DNA of 59,594 nt, filler included, from Platydemus manokwari (Eukaryota): the NCBI GenBank assembly GCA_037951405.1. It is 6 parts of 6 records of this genome, joined end to end, with 100 filler letters (N's around TTAATTAATTAA, not from the genome) between each part and the next. Parts side by side here need not be neighbours in the genome. Positions count along the whole stretch, not along the records: positions 1 to 11,866 come from JBBMOY010424444.1; positions 11,967 to 20,860 come from JBBMOY011333316.1; 4 more parts are not named here. One strand, given 5' to 3'. Below the pieces are notes generated by a model that had not been told where the DNA came from, did not search any database, and saw only the letters and a program-made list of their open reading frames with translations. The translations under genes were made by a program, and so were the position numbers. Positions 1 to 12,338 of this stretch are shown here, piece after piece. Position 1 is the stretch's first letter. Each line of letters starts with the position of its first letter.

Positions 1-1596
1 TTATTTTTTATATATTCTTCACTTATCTTCGAATAGAAAACTATATTTAGTGATGAAATGTAAAAAAGTGTAAAACGTGTTAAGGAAAACGGCAAGAAGA
101 ATAAGAAAAAATTCGAGTACCCCTTATTATGTTGTAACGAAAAATGAAAATAAATCTCAACATAAAACATACAACATATGTTTATTAAGAATTTCATTTC
201 ATTCCTGAACATGCAGCTGTTTGGTTGAAGATTTTAAAACAAAACCATATCGATTATTTTCTATTGTTGAACATTTGAAAAACACCCAAAGCGTTTTGCC
301 ACATCTCTTTTATATTTGCTACTTTACGCAGGTAAACAGACAAAGTAATGATGGGATTTCTTTTTATTTAGACAATAAAAGAAATTCAAACGAAAATAAA
401 TTTTTCTTTTTCTTTTAGTTTTGTTTAAATGAATTGAAAAAAAAATTGAAAAGGAAATTATTTGAAAAAATAATTTTAAAAAAATATGAAGAAACAGTTC
501 ATTTTCCAATTCATTTAGATTAACTTTCTCATTTTTCAATTGAGATGTTTGTTTCTAATAAAGTTAAAAAATAAAACATAAATAACGTCTTATTCTCAAT
601 AAACATTACATTTATATGTGTATGTGTTCACAGGTAGATTAATTTGAAAAGATATCTTTGAGATATTTGCTTATAAATCTAATCACGTGGAAATTAAATG
701 GTCAAGTATCCTTTTACCCCTTATTGGTCACGGTTTTGTGTTGATCTCAACTTTATATTTATAATGGCTATCCGGATTATGTATAATATTCAATAGATTA
801 CTTAACTTGAATAAACCACATAAATATAGATTTAGTAAACCGTGATGGTTTTGGACATGATTATCAGAAAAACTGTAGCTTAGCCTCTAAACTTATGGTC
901 CAATAAAATAAATCAGAAGAATATAAATTCTTTAAATTATAAAAATATTAAGTGAAACTAAAAACGAAAACAAAAATAAATTGAATTAAATCAACGTTCG
1001 AATATGTAAAATATAAACATAAAAAATAATTTTAAAAAGTCTTAACAAATATACTTAAAAGTATTCCCAAAGAAAATCAATAATAATTCTTTTTACTGAA
1101 ATCAAGAATACAAATTAATAAAATATTCTAGAACAATTTATTTGAATGAATAAATTTAATAATGTGTGCAAGAACCTTATAAAGAGTCTATTTTTGATAA
1201 CAATTACCGACAATTCTTAAAACACTTAAAATAGTATTTATAAAATAATATATTGGTATATATAATAATTATTATCAGTAAATATCTAAAACAATAATAT
1301 CAGTAAAATCCATCTAGAACACGTCCATTAAAATTTCATAAATAACAAATTAAATCATAAAAGAACAACTCGTAAGACATTATCGAGCAATAACATTGAC
1401 AATTAAATAGCAACATATTATCGCGCATATTAAACATTCACTGAATAAAACATTAAGTCGACTAAATTTAATCAAAGAAAATATTTCTCTTTATAGCAAA
1501 TTAAAAAACAGAGAGAACTTCTCTTCACAAAAAATAAGCCCTAACCTGAAAACAATAAATGCATTGGCATTGAATTTAACAGCATAGAATATTTAC

Positions 1597-1798
1597 GAGT
1601 GACTCATCACTGCCTGTATAAGGCCACAGTCACATTTAACACTATTACGGTGACATATTATTGAACAAACAGCTGCACGGTATCACGGTTATATTTTGCA
1701 ATAAATAACAGCACAAGGAGAAGTTCATTCAGTGTCGAAGATCAGGATTCACTATATGCCACTTTTCCTTCTGGAAGACCCAACAGTAAAATACATTT
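1597..1798 (+). repeat. Dispersed repeat, LTR-like promoter module (copy 1)
   Basis: Shares ordered blocks with 51203-51331: TGACTCA..TGCCT(G/A)TATAAG and GGATT..ATATGCC..CTGGAAGA..AACAGTAA..ATACATTT. The LTR identity is inference. Confidence 0.5.
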
Positions 1799-4700
1799 AT
1801 ATAAAATACTTATCAAAATTATATATGTTAATAGTTTATTTGTTATTAACAAGCTGTGTATCGAGAGTGTGGGCGTTATAAACCATCGCTTAATCAAAAA
1901 AGTGGGTAAGATTCGTCAATTAGTTGATGTATAGTGTAGCAGTAAAATCAATTTGTAATGTTTATTTTATTATTTTACTTGTTTGTCAGCTTGTATCAGT
2001 GTCATTTTGTAATAGAGATTTGGAGTAGAAAGCCTTACTTTTTGAATAAATATGAATGATAAATAATCGCTCATTATCATTGGTTTTCAGTGACTTTCAA
2101 AATTCAAATAGACGGCATAGGTTTAGATTGATAATTGAGATATATCATTATTGCAACATACGTAATAAAGTAGTGTGAGGTGAAGATTAAACAAAATAAG
2201 GTAAATTATACCTATTGCCTTAATCCAGAGTTCATTTAGACTGATTAAAACAATAGTGATATCAGATAGAAATAAGGTTATTAAAACAATAAAATCAACA
2301 AGGCTCGAATAGAGCACTAATAGATCATCATAAAAGGGTTCCAAAAAGTTCATTGATTATCACAGGAATTAATATTGAAAGTGCTAAACAGTTGTTATCA
2401 TATCGTCGTTTTAATACTGGAATATTGTGACGTATTCAAATATAAATCGCTTTCAAAAATTCAGAAATTATTATAACATTGTTGAAAATGGAATTAGTTA
2501 ATCATAAAATGAATGTATGTTGGGTACATTAAAAATCAATTAAAAAGGTCACAAGAACCAAGGAAAAACTCTAAACAGAGTTAATACACACAAACCCAAA
2601 AACACGTGTTGTTAACCAATCAGATTCGTTTTAATGTTAATCCATAATTAGAAGCTATGAATCAACAGGTACCTCCCTACAAAGGACATCAAGCTCAAAT
2701 ATCCGCCAATGGCACGAGAGATGTAAGAAAAAGCTTAAGTATATCGATCCACGAACAAATTCAGCAAATGGATAAGGAAGATTCTCTACATCAAGCAGAT
2801 AGACTCGATATTTCTTTAAAAGAGGTTAAGTTCTATCGATATCTGCCAGTATTTTTTGGTCGGTAACTTCAGAGCTTAGTTTATGTGTGATTTCAGTAAT
2901 CAGTTTTTTTGATTACTTTTCATTCTGTTTTGACTTTCGAGCGCTGAGTGATTTTTTTGTGAATTGAGTAAAGATTTGCTATTGTTGTTGTTGATACAAT
3001 GCTTTAGTTAATACAAATTTTCAGATCTAAATTGTTGATTGATAACCCAACAGGTATACAATATTAATTATTCATCAATCTTATATATGGCTCAACCTTA
3101 AGCGGCTGTTTCAATGACTGGAAAAATGAGATTCTTCACAGTTAGATTCTGTGCTGTTTTATCTATCAATCTTTATACTAAAACTGTTATCTAAGAATGA
3201 TTACCAGACCCAATGTTTATCCCTTATGGATTTCTTATTTCTTTTTTTATATATTCTACTAATTTTTAAAAAGTTTTGATATATTTTCATAAACTGGTTG
3301 GCATAATTGCTATATCTATTTTATTTATCACCTTTTGTGGTCCTAAATACTAATTTAAAATAATTTTTAAATTCATTTTTACTCAAGCATAAAATCAAAT
3401 TTTAAAAAAAGCTTATTCTCATTCCATAAAAATTCATTTTTCATTCATCACATCAATAATGAAATTCTGTTTATTTTGATATTTACAAAAATCACAGATC
3501 TTTTTATCTTTTAAAAATCAGAGGACAAATCATAGAAGTAGTGTCTGTTTGTCTTTGAGTTTTTCATCATTAAGTTGCAATAATTTGCTTGATCGATTTT
3601 CGTTGTTGCTCATCATTTTGATTTGGCAGGTCACCAACATATATTTATTAAGATGACTTAAACCAAACTGTTGCTAATAACCTTGGATTTAGCGAAAATG
3701 AAATAGATTTTTATCTTTGAATTAATTTATGGACGATATCTGATCTGAAATCACCTTAATTGAGACCATTTTCTAAATTTCTGAGTTGAAAAAATCCTAG
3801 AATATATAAAATTTTTGGAAATAAAGAACATGATGGTCAGCATTAAAAATTGTTATGTTTTGGAATTGGATAAAGGTATTTATTTTTAACAACAATCGCG
3901 CATATCTTATTTGAAAAAGGTCATTGTGAAATATAAGACACCACATTATCATTTCATTATTTATGCCTGACATTAAATAGTTGGATTATTTTAAAAATTT
4001 TCCAATCTTATAAAAGTTTTTGCCACCAACTCAAAAAACGACAAATTAAACTCTTATTTGTAGCCGCCCAAATCTCAAAGTGTTCTAAGATGGAAATTTG
4101 AAAGAATATATTCTATAGTTGTTATTTATTCAGAATTTTTAAGTATTTTAAAATGATATCGAGTGATGTAGGTGTTAAAGATTTTTCTAATTTTGCTTGG
4201 TGAATTTCATTTTGTAAAAGAATTATAGTCCTGAAATGGAATATAAAAACTCCACAAAAACTTGAAATCAAATAATGAATTCAATTAAATCTGAGATATC
4301 AAGTCCAAAAATTTTTATAATATTATGAAAATATTTATAACACGATCCATATGATTATATATTGCAAAATTCTTTAAATAAAAACAAAGAAAAATTCTTC
4401 AAGAATTTCGAACAGTGCTTGTATTATTATAAATCGATTAATATTTTTCTCCAGTGAGAAATAAATTGCTGATAACATTGAAATGAAAACTGAGAATAGT
4501 TCTAATGATGTTGAGCTTTGCAATTCTTAAAAATCGAAACATTTCTGCAAGATCAATAACATAAACAATTCTATCAATGCATTAACACTGACAAATTATC
4601 TCAACAAACCGGTGTAATCAACTTTTTAGTGTGTATTTTAATAATAAATATTAAATAATCCTTCATCAAATGGATGCCAAGTTAATTACTTATTCAATAT

Positions 4701-5546
4701 CTCAGTTATTTTCCCCGGCTAAATGTTGACAACGAAAATTGATAATGATTCCTTTGGAATATTAATAAAGCAAAATTTGATTTAAAACTAGCAAATTTTT
4801 GTTTGAAATAAGTCAAAAGTTTGAACTATTTTCAAAATGAATATTTTAGCATGATTATATATTTTTAGAGCTTTCTACAATTTAAAATCAAACTCCTTGT
4901 TAGTGGAAAAAGATGGAGATGTGGAATTTTTTGTTGTTTTTAAATTACACTGTGTGCTATTTTTATAAATGATGTGAGTCTGTATTAATTTATGTTATTC
5001 ATTTCATGTATGATATATGAACATTTTTCATGAAATCCTCCCATGGAAAAACATTCCCAAAGATATTGAAAGAAAAGTATTTATAAGGTTTGTGACGCCA
5101 CTTGAACTGATCGGAATCATGTTAGCAATATATTTCAATTGAAGAACATATTTTATCTAACTTGCACAATGAGTAAAAACAAATACGTCTTTCTGAAATA
5201 TTTTAATTACACTATACATACACTATATATATCAATATTTCAAGGACGCAAGATGATAAAACGAGTCCCAAGTTGCCGTACTTAGTTCAGAAATATATAT
5301 TAATCATAATAATAATCGTTTGCAAGCACATTAAATCAATGTGAGTCCATACTACTTTCCAAATTTCCATAGTCTATTTCTCTATTTAGTTTTCCTATGT
5401 CGTCTGGAGAGAATGGCCACATTTACATATAATTTTACTAGTGTAAATCGTACTTATTCTCAAAATTATTTTAATAAAATTTCAAAAATATAATATAAAA
5501 ATTTTAACTGCAGAATTTTCACGACATAAATTAAAAAAGGGTCCTC

Positions 5547-6111
5547 TGACCTACTTTATTTATAATGAATTTTCGCGTATGAGATAAGTTTAAATTAATT
5601 TTATGTATAACTGCTTGTTTGATTTATTCATATAATTCAGTTAATATATCATATTTTAAGATGTCTAATAATGACAAAATATAATTTTAAAACCAAGTTT
5701 CCATTCTAATCACAACATGTTTATTCGGGATTTTAAATTTGAATTTTTATAATTATAAATCGAGTTAGTTAATTACGGATATATTTACTAATATCATTGG
5801 CTATTTTTTATAAAATAATTGTAAAAATTGAGAATCTCTCAATTTGCTTCTAATGTTAAAAAAGAGGTCTTCAATAATTTTCAATAAATTGCAATTCGTC
5901 CTACTTTGATCAAACAAATAAAATAATCAAATTTTAAGACTTTTAAGCTCTAGATTATTTAATATTTGTTTTCATACAACTAAAAGTCTTTTTAAGAACC
6001 TAAATAAAAAATTCAAAATGTTTATAAAGAATATAATTGAGTAAACAATATAAATTTTTGCAATACAATCAACAAATTAAAAATTTTATTTTATGTCCAT
6101 TTTGTTAACTT
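5547..6111 (+). repeat. AT-rich dispersed repeat family A, about 570 bp (copy 1)
   Basis: Colinear with 55557-56132 and partly with 12025-12338 (e.g. TGACCTACTTT..ATAATGAATTTTCGCGTAT, TTCTAATGTTAAA, TTTTCAATAAATTGCAATTCG, AACAAATTAAAAATTTTATTTTA). Confidence 0.85.
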
Positions 6112-9100
6112 CATCCAATTTCACTATTTAGACATTTCACTATTTATTTAAAAATTAAAAAAGAATAGATAAAATTGTAATAATACAGATTTTATTCATT
6201 TCACAGAACCAAATAATATTAACATCTATTTCCAATAACAAATTTTTAATGATCATAAGGTTATGAATAACTATTCACTGTATTGAATGTCTAGGGACTC
6301 TTTCGTTTACCGTCGAAGGCAGATCAATTTCAGCAGTTACATGCTTAAGTCTTAAATTAAACTGCAAGATAAACATTTCGCTAAACAGCTTTGTTTTCCA
6401 CGAAGAAATCGATTTTCAGATGACTTATGTAGAACGAACAACAGAAGAATTCCAAGCTCTTGTCGGTGATTAATAACACGTGTTAGAAACTTGTTTTTTT
6501 TGATGAATTGACATATCTTGTGATGTACGAGTATGGAACCACAAATATTTCGTTTGTATTTCAATCGTCTATTCATTAAATATCTTGATATTTCGACTTA
6601 ATTAAGTTAAGAAAAAATAACATAAAAATCATTACTAAAATTTTGAAGAACATATCGCATTAATTTAAAGCAATTTATTACGGCTCTGAAATAGTTTTCT
6701 ACAAGTTGGATCGTATGGTTTCAGGCCAGTAGCGATTTGGGTCTCGAGGGATATCTATATATGCAATAAATGTGAAAATAAATGACTTACTTTTTAAAAT
6801 ACGATATCAAATTTCATCGGACACAATAATAAAATATTGAGAAATAGATTATCCATATTAATAGGTAATTCAACATTGGTGTAACCCAAGCATTAGAAAA
6901 ATAGGTTTTCATCACTGCTAACACCATTATGCTAATTTGATAGAAGTTAATTTAAGATGCGAAACAAAGAAAATCCATTCATTTTCAAGCCTTTAAACAA
7001 AATAAAGAAAATTGCGATGAAGTGTCTTTGAAAATTTCTTTGTGACGAAAATTCAAAAATATCTCGAAGAAGTTACACGAAACTTAAAGTTCTCAATTTC
7101 AAAAATGCTTCGGCAACCTTTCTCACAATGGAATACTTATGTATAACATAATGAAGGCTTGATGTTCACACTGATAGAAAGATATAGTATAGTAGTAGTA
7201 TTGAAGTAATATAATTTTAAATCAAGGTGCAAGGATCATATGTTGCACAATAAAAGCAGTGATATTACATAATCCCGCCATGCAAAGTTTTTATCGATAA
7301 AAAATAAATGATAAAATAAAAATGAAAAAGATTCCAGGTTCAGAAAGAACTAAATAGAAACAAATATATGTGGAAGACATAAAATTGATCAGATACCTAA
7401 CAAAAATCAATAATAAATTCATTAAAGAATTTAATTCCTTTAGTCATAAAGAAGGAACCGAATGACTCGGTTGAGGAGGTCAAACTAACGGAATCAAATA
7501 AAGAAATATCAAAATTGATTAATACCTACAAAGCTCCAAAACCATCAAAAATCAAATTACAAAAATCATTCGTGATGACGAATGGATCAAGACTACTTTA
7601 TAAATGATAAATTCAATATATTCAAGTAATTAAATTAAGAAAATCATTGTGAACAACTACAAAATAAAGTTTTAGTATGTTTATTGAAAAAGACTTAAAT
7701 CATAACAAGATATGTTAATAAATAAGAACCTCAAACTATAAGAACATGTTAGAAAAAACATTTAGAATAAATCAAAATTTAAAAATCGAATTGAGAATCC
7801 ACAAATGATTTAAAAGTTTTCGAAAAAATGTTCACAAGAGTTTTGGGTATCTACTAAGGCCAAATTTTGAAAAATGTAACAATGATCACAAAATTTCGCT
7901 TTAAAATAAAATTTTCAATATTTGCTTCATAAATTACGCCAAGGGAGAAAAGTAAAATAAAATTTAAGAACGGGATAAGTATCCAAAAAATAAATCAGTG
8001 AAATGAATAGTGACTATAAAAGATTGATCATCAGAAAAACTTCGCACAAGTATAGGCAAGTATAATGGTACCGACCATGAAATACTGATAGTTTCTCCCT
8101 AGATTCAGGTCATTTATAAACCTATTATGTATGTTTTCTTGTTGTTGATGATCACCGATTGATGGTTGAAATCTATTGCGCTCATTGAGTCTATGTCTAT
8201 CGAACATTTTGAGGTTTATTCAAAAGTATCCAAAGGTATCTTTCTTGTTTTTGTACCCAATTATCCTGGAATATTATTCGGAATAGAAAGTCTGCCAAAA
8301 ATGAAAGAAGAAAAACTTGATTTATTCCAAGATATGGAAAATTCCTGTGCCTACAAAAATTAAAGGGGATTGGAATTTTTTGTATTTCATGTCAATAAAT
8401 AATAAAGACAAGTTAAGTAAAAGATGAAGAAATATTATAATAAAAATATTTTAAACTAAGTAAGTCCAAAAGATTAAAAATTCATTGGAGTAACATGTTT
8501 TAACAAATGCAATATAGGGGAACTATTGGTGATTCCAAGGAGCATTAATAATACAGCCCCAATATGGATATCAGTGATGCTCCAGAGGAACGAAACACTG
8601 ATTTTTAATTATTTAATAACATTGGGGAAGAAGAAACCTTGATATGTGCCACGATCCAGACACAATTAACATATCAAGCGAAATTATTTTGCAAAAGTGA
8701 GTCTAGAAACAAAATTCATGTTGACGTTACTCAAAGATCAAGGTCATGCTAACAGTTTTCTTAAATAATCTTGGTGTTGTGCATTATTAAACTCTGAGTG
8801 CTATGCATATTACCTTTGCATTTGATATCTTTTATGTGTAGGTATTTTCCTCAAGATGTAAGCATTTTCCGCTTTGTGCAACACGTTAGTGCTCTGTCTG
8901 AAATATCATATTCTTCCAATAATCGGTGTCCACCTCATTACTCAAAATATAATGAACTCGGAAAACCGTTCCTGGATATAGATCGGACTCGATTGAGAAA
9001 ATAAGAATTGAAGAAGGTACTGAAGGTTATTTTGGAAACCAACTTAAACAATTGTTTAAAAATTGGAATCCACAAAGGAGGATAACTCTGAAGGTAATGG

Positions 9101-10622
9101 AATCTATTTTTAAAAATTATAAAAATTACATTTTATTTTAAATTTCGAATCATATTTGATCTCAATATATCGGTAAATGTAAAGATTACGTTTTTGACAT
9201 ATTCAGTTATTATTTTTAATTAATTTTATTAATATATGCAAGCATTTGCGTTCCTGAGTATTTCTTTTTAGGATTGTTGAACAGAACTCCTCTCTTTGTA
9301 CATAATTGATCTTATGCAGTTCTTGTATTCACTTCACAATACAATGACATAAAATTTTGATCTTCAGAATTTGTTTCACAATTAATAATGACTTTTAACA
9401 CTGTTGAGTTACTTTTTATTTTCTTAATTAAATTATCTGCATCCTGTGAGAAACTTTATCATATGAAACCAGTATTAAATAGAAACTGATGTTCACAGCA
9501 TATTCGATTCAATGAGTTGGTGAATGAGAACTTTTTATAGAGGAATTATTTAGTTACATCAGTACGAATGACTTTGAAATCGTTCTAGTGTATTGCGATG
9601 TTTGTGATAGGTCACAAAATCAACTAAAATGTTCACAGGAACAATGAAAATAATCCTTAAAGTGTTGATACACAGTGATCCCATAAACGCACGTGCCAAC
9701 AGCCAATCAGATTCATTCTAATATTGATTCATATTTAGGAGTTAGTAATCGAATGACTCATACCAACAAATGGAAACAAACACAGATATACATATATGGC
9801 ACACAAATTATAAGCATATTTATATACGAACTAATTGAACTAATAAAAAACGAATCTCCAGGACATCAAACGTACACAAAATAATAATCAAGTTTAAGTT
9901 TCCAATTTTAACATTAAAAACTTGTTATCATTAAATAAAATTTTTGAAATTAAAAAAACTTAAAACCCAGCTCAAATCCACCAAGTCATGTCGAATATAA
10001 GATTTTATTTTCAAAAATTAATATGGCTTAAAAACCACCAACAGTTTGGTAATGAACATTATATTTCCAAAATTATTACTATAAATCACACATTGATTAA
10101 CTTCTGAACGAATAGCAGTTACAAATACCGCCAAACATAGCATAAAATACAATTCAATACTACAATCACAGGCATTTCATTCAAATGTTAAACGCAGAAC
10201 ATAATCCAATTCGGGATTAAATTTTTTTCTTTCAATATCATCTTTTAAATAAAAATAACGACAAACGAAATGAGTCGATATTTTTTCAAGTTCAATAGAA
10301 TTGCTTACAGTAAACCACTTGGACCATGAAATTGCCATACATGTATAATGGAGTAATCAAATACTATTCTTCACAATTCCCATCAATATCCATATTAAAA
10401 TGAAATTAATGTAAAAATTAATTGATTTTCTTTCTTATTTGAATTCAAAGAAATAAATTCCAATAAATCATCAAACATATATCGTTGGATAGATAACATT
10501 ACTGAGTAAAGATGCTATTTGACAAGATATTATTATTAATAAATGATAACATTTATTGTAAAATGCTTAAATTATTTCAACAATCTTTATCCAGAATGGA
10601 TTTATTGGCCATTGATTGCCCT

Positions 10623-10994
10623 TTAACTTGATTTCAATGTCAGGTTTCGTTTTCCGTTGAATCTATTTGTACACAAATCGTGATTATTCGATCGAATGTT
10701 AGAATTGGTAAAGTTCGTTATGAGAATACTCTGATATCTTTGTCTGCCGTGATAAAGAAATTGTAAATTTTTCATAAATCCAATACGAAAATTCTTCGAA
10801 AAGAAATAATAAATCCATGGATTAACGCAACTATTGCTACTACCAAGCCATTGAATTATCGGAACGATTATAGCATATTCATAATATTGAATATTCGTTC
10901 GAACATTACCGAATAATTGAAGCATGTTGTAAGAATAAAGTGGTAACCAACTGAAAGCGAACATGATTACTACAATCACTAGCATTTTTATCAC
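10623..10994 (-). CDS. Last coding exon (TM6-TM7-helix 8-tail) of a rhodopsin-family neuropeptide GPCR, SIFamide/NPFF-receptor-like; upstream exons not found on this contig
   Basis: Acceptor TTTATACAG precedes VIKMLVIVVIMFAFSWLPLY...QWLGSSNSCVNPWIYYFFSKNFRIGF, which has the FxxSWLP and NPxxY motifs. QWLGSSNSCxNP is typical of SIFamide receptors. Confidence 0.85.
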   Translation of the reverse strand: MIKMLVIVVIMFAFSWLPLYSYNMLQLFGNVRTNIQYYEYAIIVPIIQWLGSSNSCVNPWIYYFFSKNFRIGFMKNLQFLYHGRQRYQSILITNFTNSNIRSNNHDLCTNRFNGKRNLTLKSS

Positions 10995-11354
10995 CTGTAT
11001 AAAGGATGATTATGAAATAAAATAATAATTTATGTAATATTTATGTAAAATAAATATTATTTTGAAATAATAATGATGCAAATAATAAGTGGTGATGTGA
11101 TTAACATTCCACCAAGGATCGTCAATATTTTCAACTCATTAAAGTAATTTTTAATCAATTTTGGTAAAATAAATGTAAGCAGTTTGTTGAAATAATATCA
11201 TAAAATATACTTTTATTGGTTGAACATCTTTAATCGTTTTCGATTCGTATTTGGTAAATTAATAACTGGATTCGATTCTGATAAGATGATATAAAGCAGA
11301 TTAGAGTTGGATAGAAGATAAAAATTTCGTTGAGTAAGATGAAATTCTGCAAAA

Positions 11355-11663
11355 AGAAAAACGGGTTTGCACTATAAGCACTACAAACATTTGAATGTCT
11401 ACACAACCATGCAGGCATAGCAACCAACCAATCACAGTGAAGTAAAATAGTAAACCACCATTGGAAAGAGAAGCATATCCACACAAAAACACTCACTTAG
11501 GGATTGACCAATTCCACTTATGCAAAAAGCATAAAAATCCAAAAGGAATATGCAAAAGAAAAGATAGAATTAAAGTATGATACAATAACAAAAATTACAC
11601 ACAGATCTCGAATATAAATATCGATATAAAGATGGCCATCTGTCAATTTGAAGCAAAGTTTTT
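11355..11663 (+). repeat. Dispersed repeat family B (copy 1)
   Basis: Reverse-complement similarity to 57810-58082 (CAGGCATAGCAACCA, TATGATACAA, ACAGATC.CGAATATAAA.ATCGAT.TAAAGATGGCCA.CTG.CAATTTGAAGC). Confidence 0.8.
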
Positions 11664-11705
11664 GAAACATTGTATTAAATTTGAAAGTTGTACTGAGTAG
11701 TACGC

Positions 11706-11866
11706 GTTTTAGTTGTAATATAGTCAAGTTTTAGTTGTAATATAGTCAAGTTTTAGTTGTAATATAATCAAGTTTTAGTTGTAATATAGTCAAGTTTTAG
11801 TTGTAATATAGTCAAGTTTTAGTTGTAATATAGTCAAGTTTTAGTTGTAATATAGTCAAGTTTTAG
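11706..11866. repeat. 22-bp minisatellite (GTTTTAGTTGTAATATAGTCAA), about 7.3 copies, running into the contig end
   Basis: Direct head-to-tail repeats with one variant unit and no spacers. Confidence 0.97.
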
Positions 11867-11966
11867 NNNNNNNNNNNNNNNNNNNNNNNNNNNNNNNNNN
11901 NNNNNNNNNNTTAATTAATTAANNNNNNNNNNNNNNNNNNNNNNNNNNNNNNNNNNNNNNNNNNNN
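11867..11966. other. Artificial contig-joining spacer
   Basis: N44 + TTAATTAATTAA (stops in all six frames) + N44; identical at five places. Confidence 0.98.
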
Positions 11967-12024
11967 ATTTTGAGAGAAAACTCAAGTACCTTGTTCCTGG
12001 CACTTCTCAATAATTTCGAAGTCA

Positions 12025-12338
12025 CTTTTTTATAAAATAACTACAAAAATTTTAGATATCATTCCAATTGCTTCTAATGTTAAATGAAGGGGTCCTCGCT
12101 AATTTTCAATTAATTGCATTGTGACCTACTTTGACCCGTTTTTCAAATAATTAATTTGTAGGGGATTTTAAAAATCCTATGCATGTATTATTTGATTCTA
12201 AATAACTAAAATTTTACTTAAGTACTTAAATAAAAAATTCATAAAGTTATTAAAGAATTTAATTAAATAATCTATATAGATTTTTGCAATATACTCCACA
12301 ATTTTAAAATTTTATTTTAGGACTATATTTTTTAACTT
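12025..12338 (+). repeat. Repeat family A (3' partial copy)
   Basis: Matches the 3' half of 5547-6111 and 55557-56132. Confidence 0.8.

Noticed and set aside
8100-9010. Possible decayed integrase/protease fragments (FLVVDDH, GILFG)
   Set aside because: The motifs are too short and broken to support a call.
11706-11866. CRISPR-like array
   Set aside because: Repeats are contiguous with no unique spacers, and the DNA is eukaryotic.
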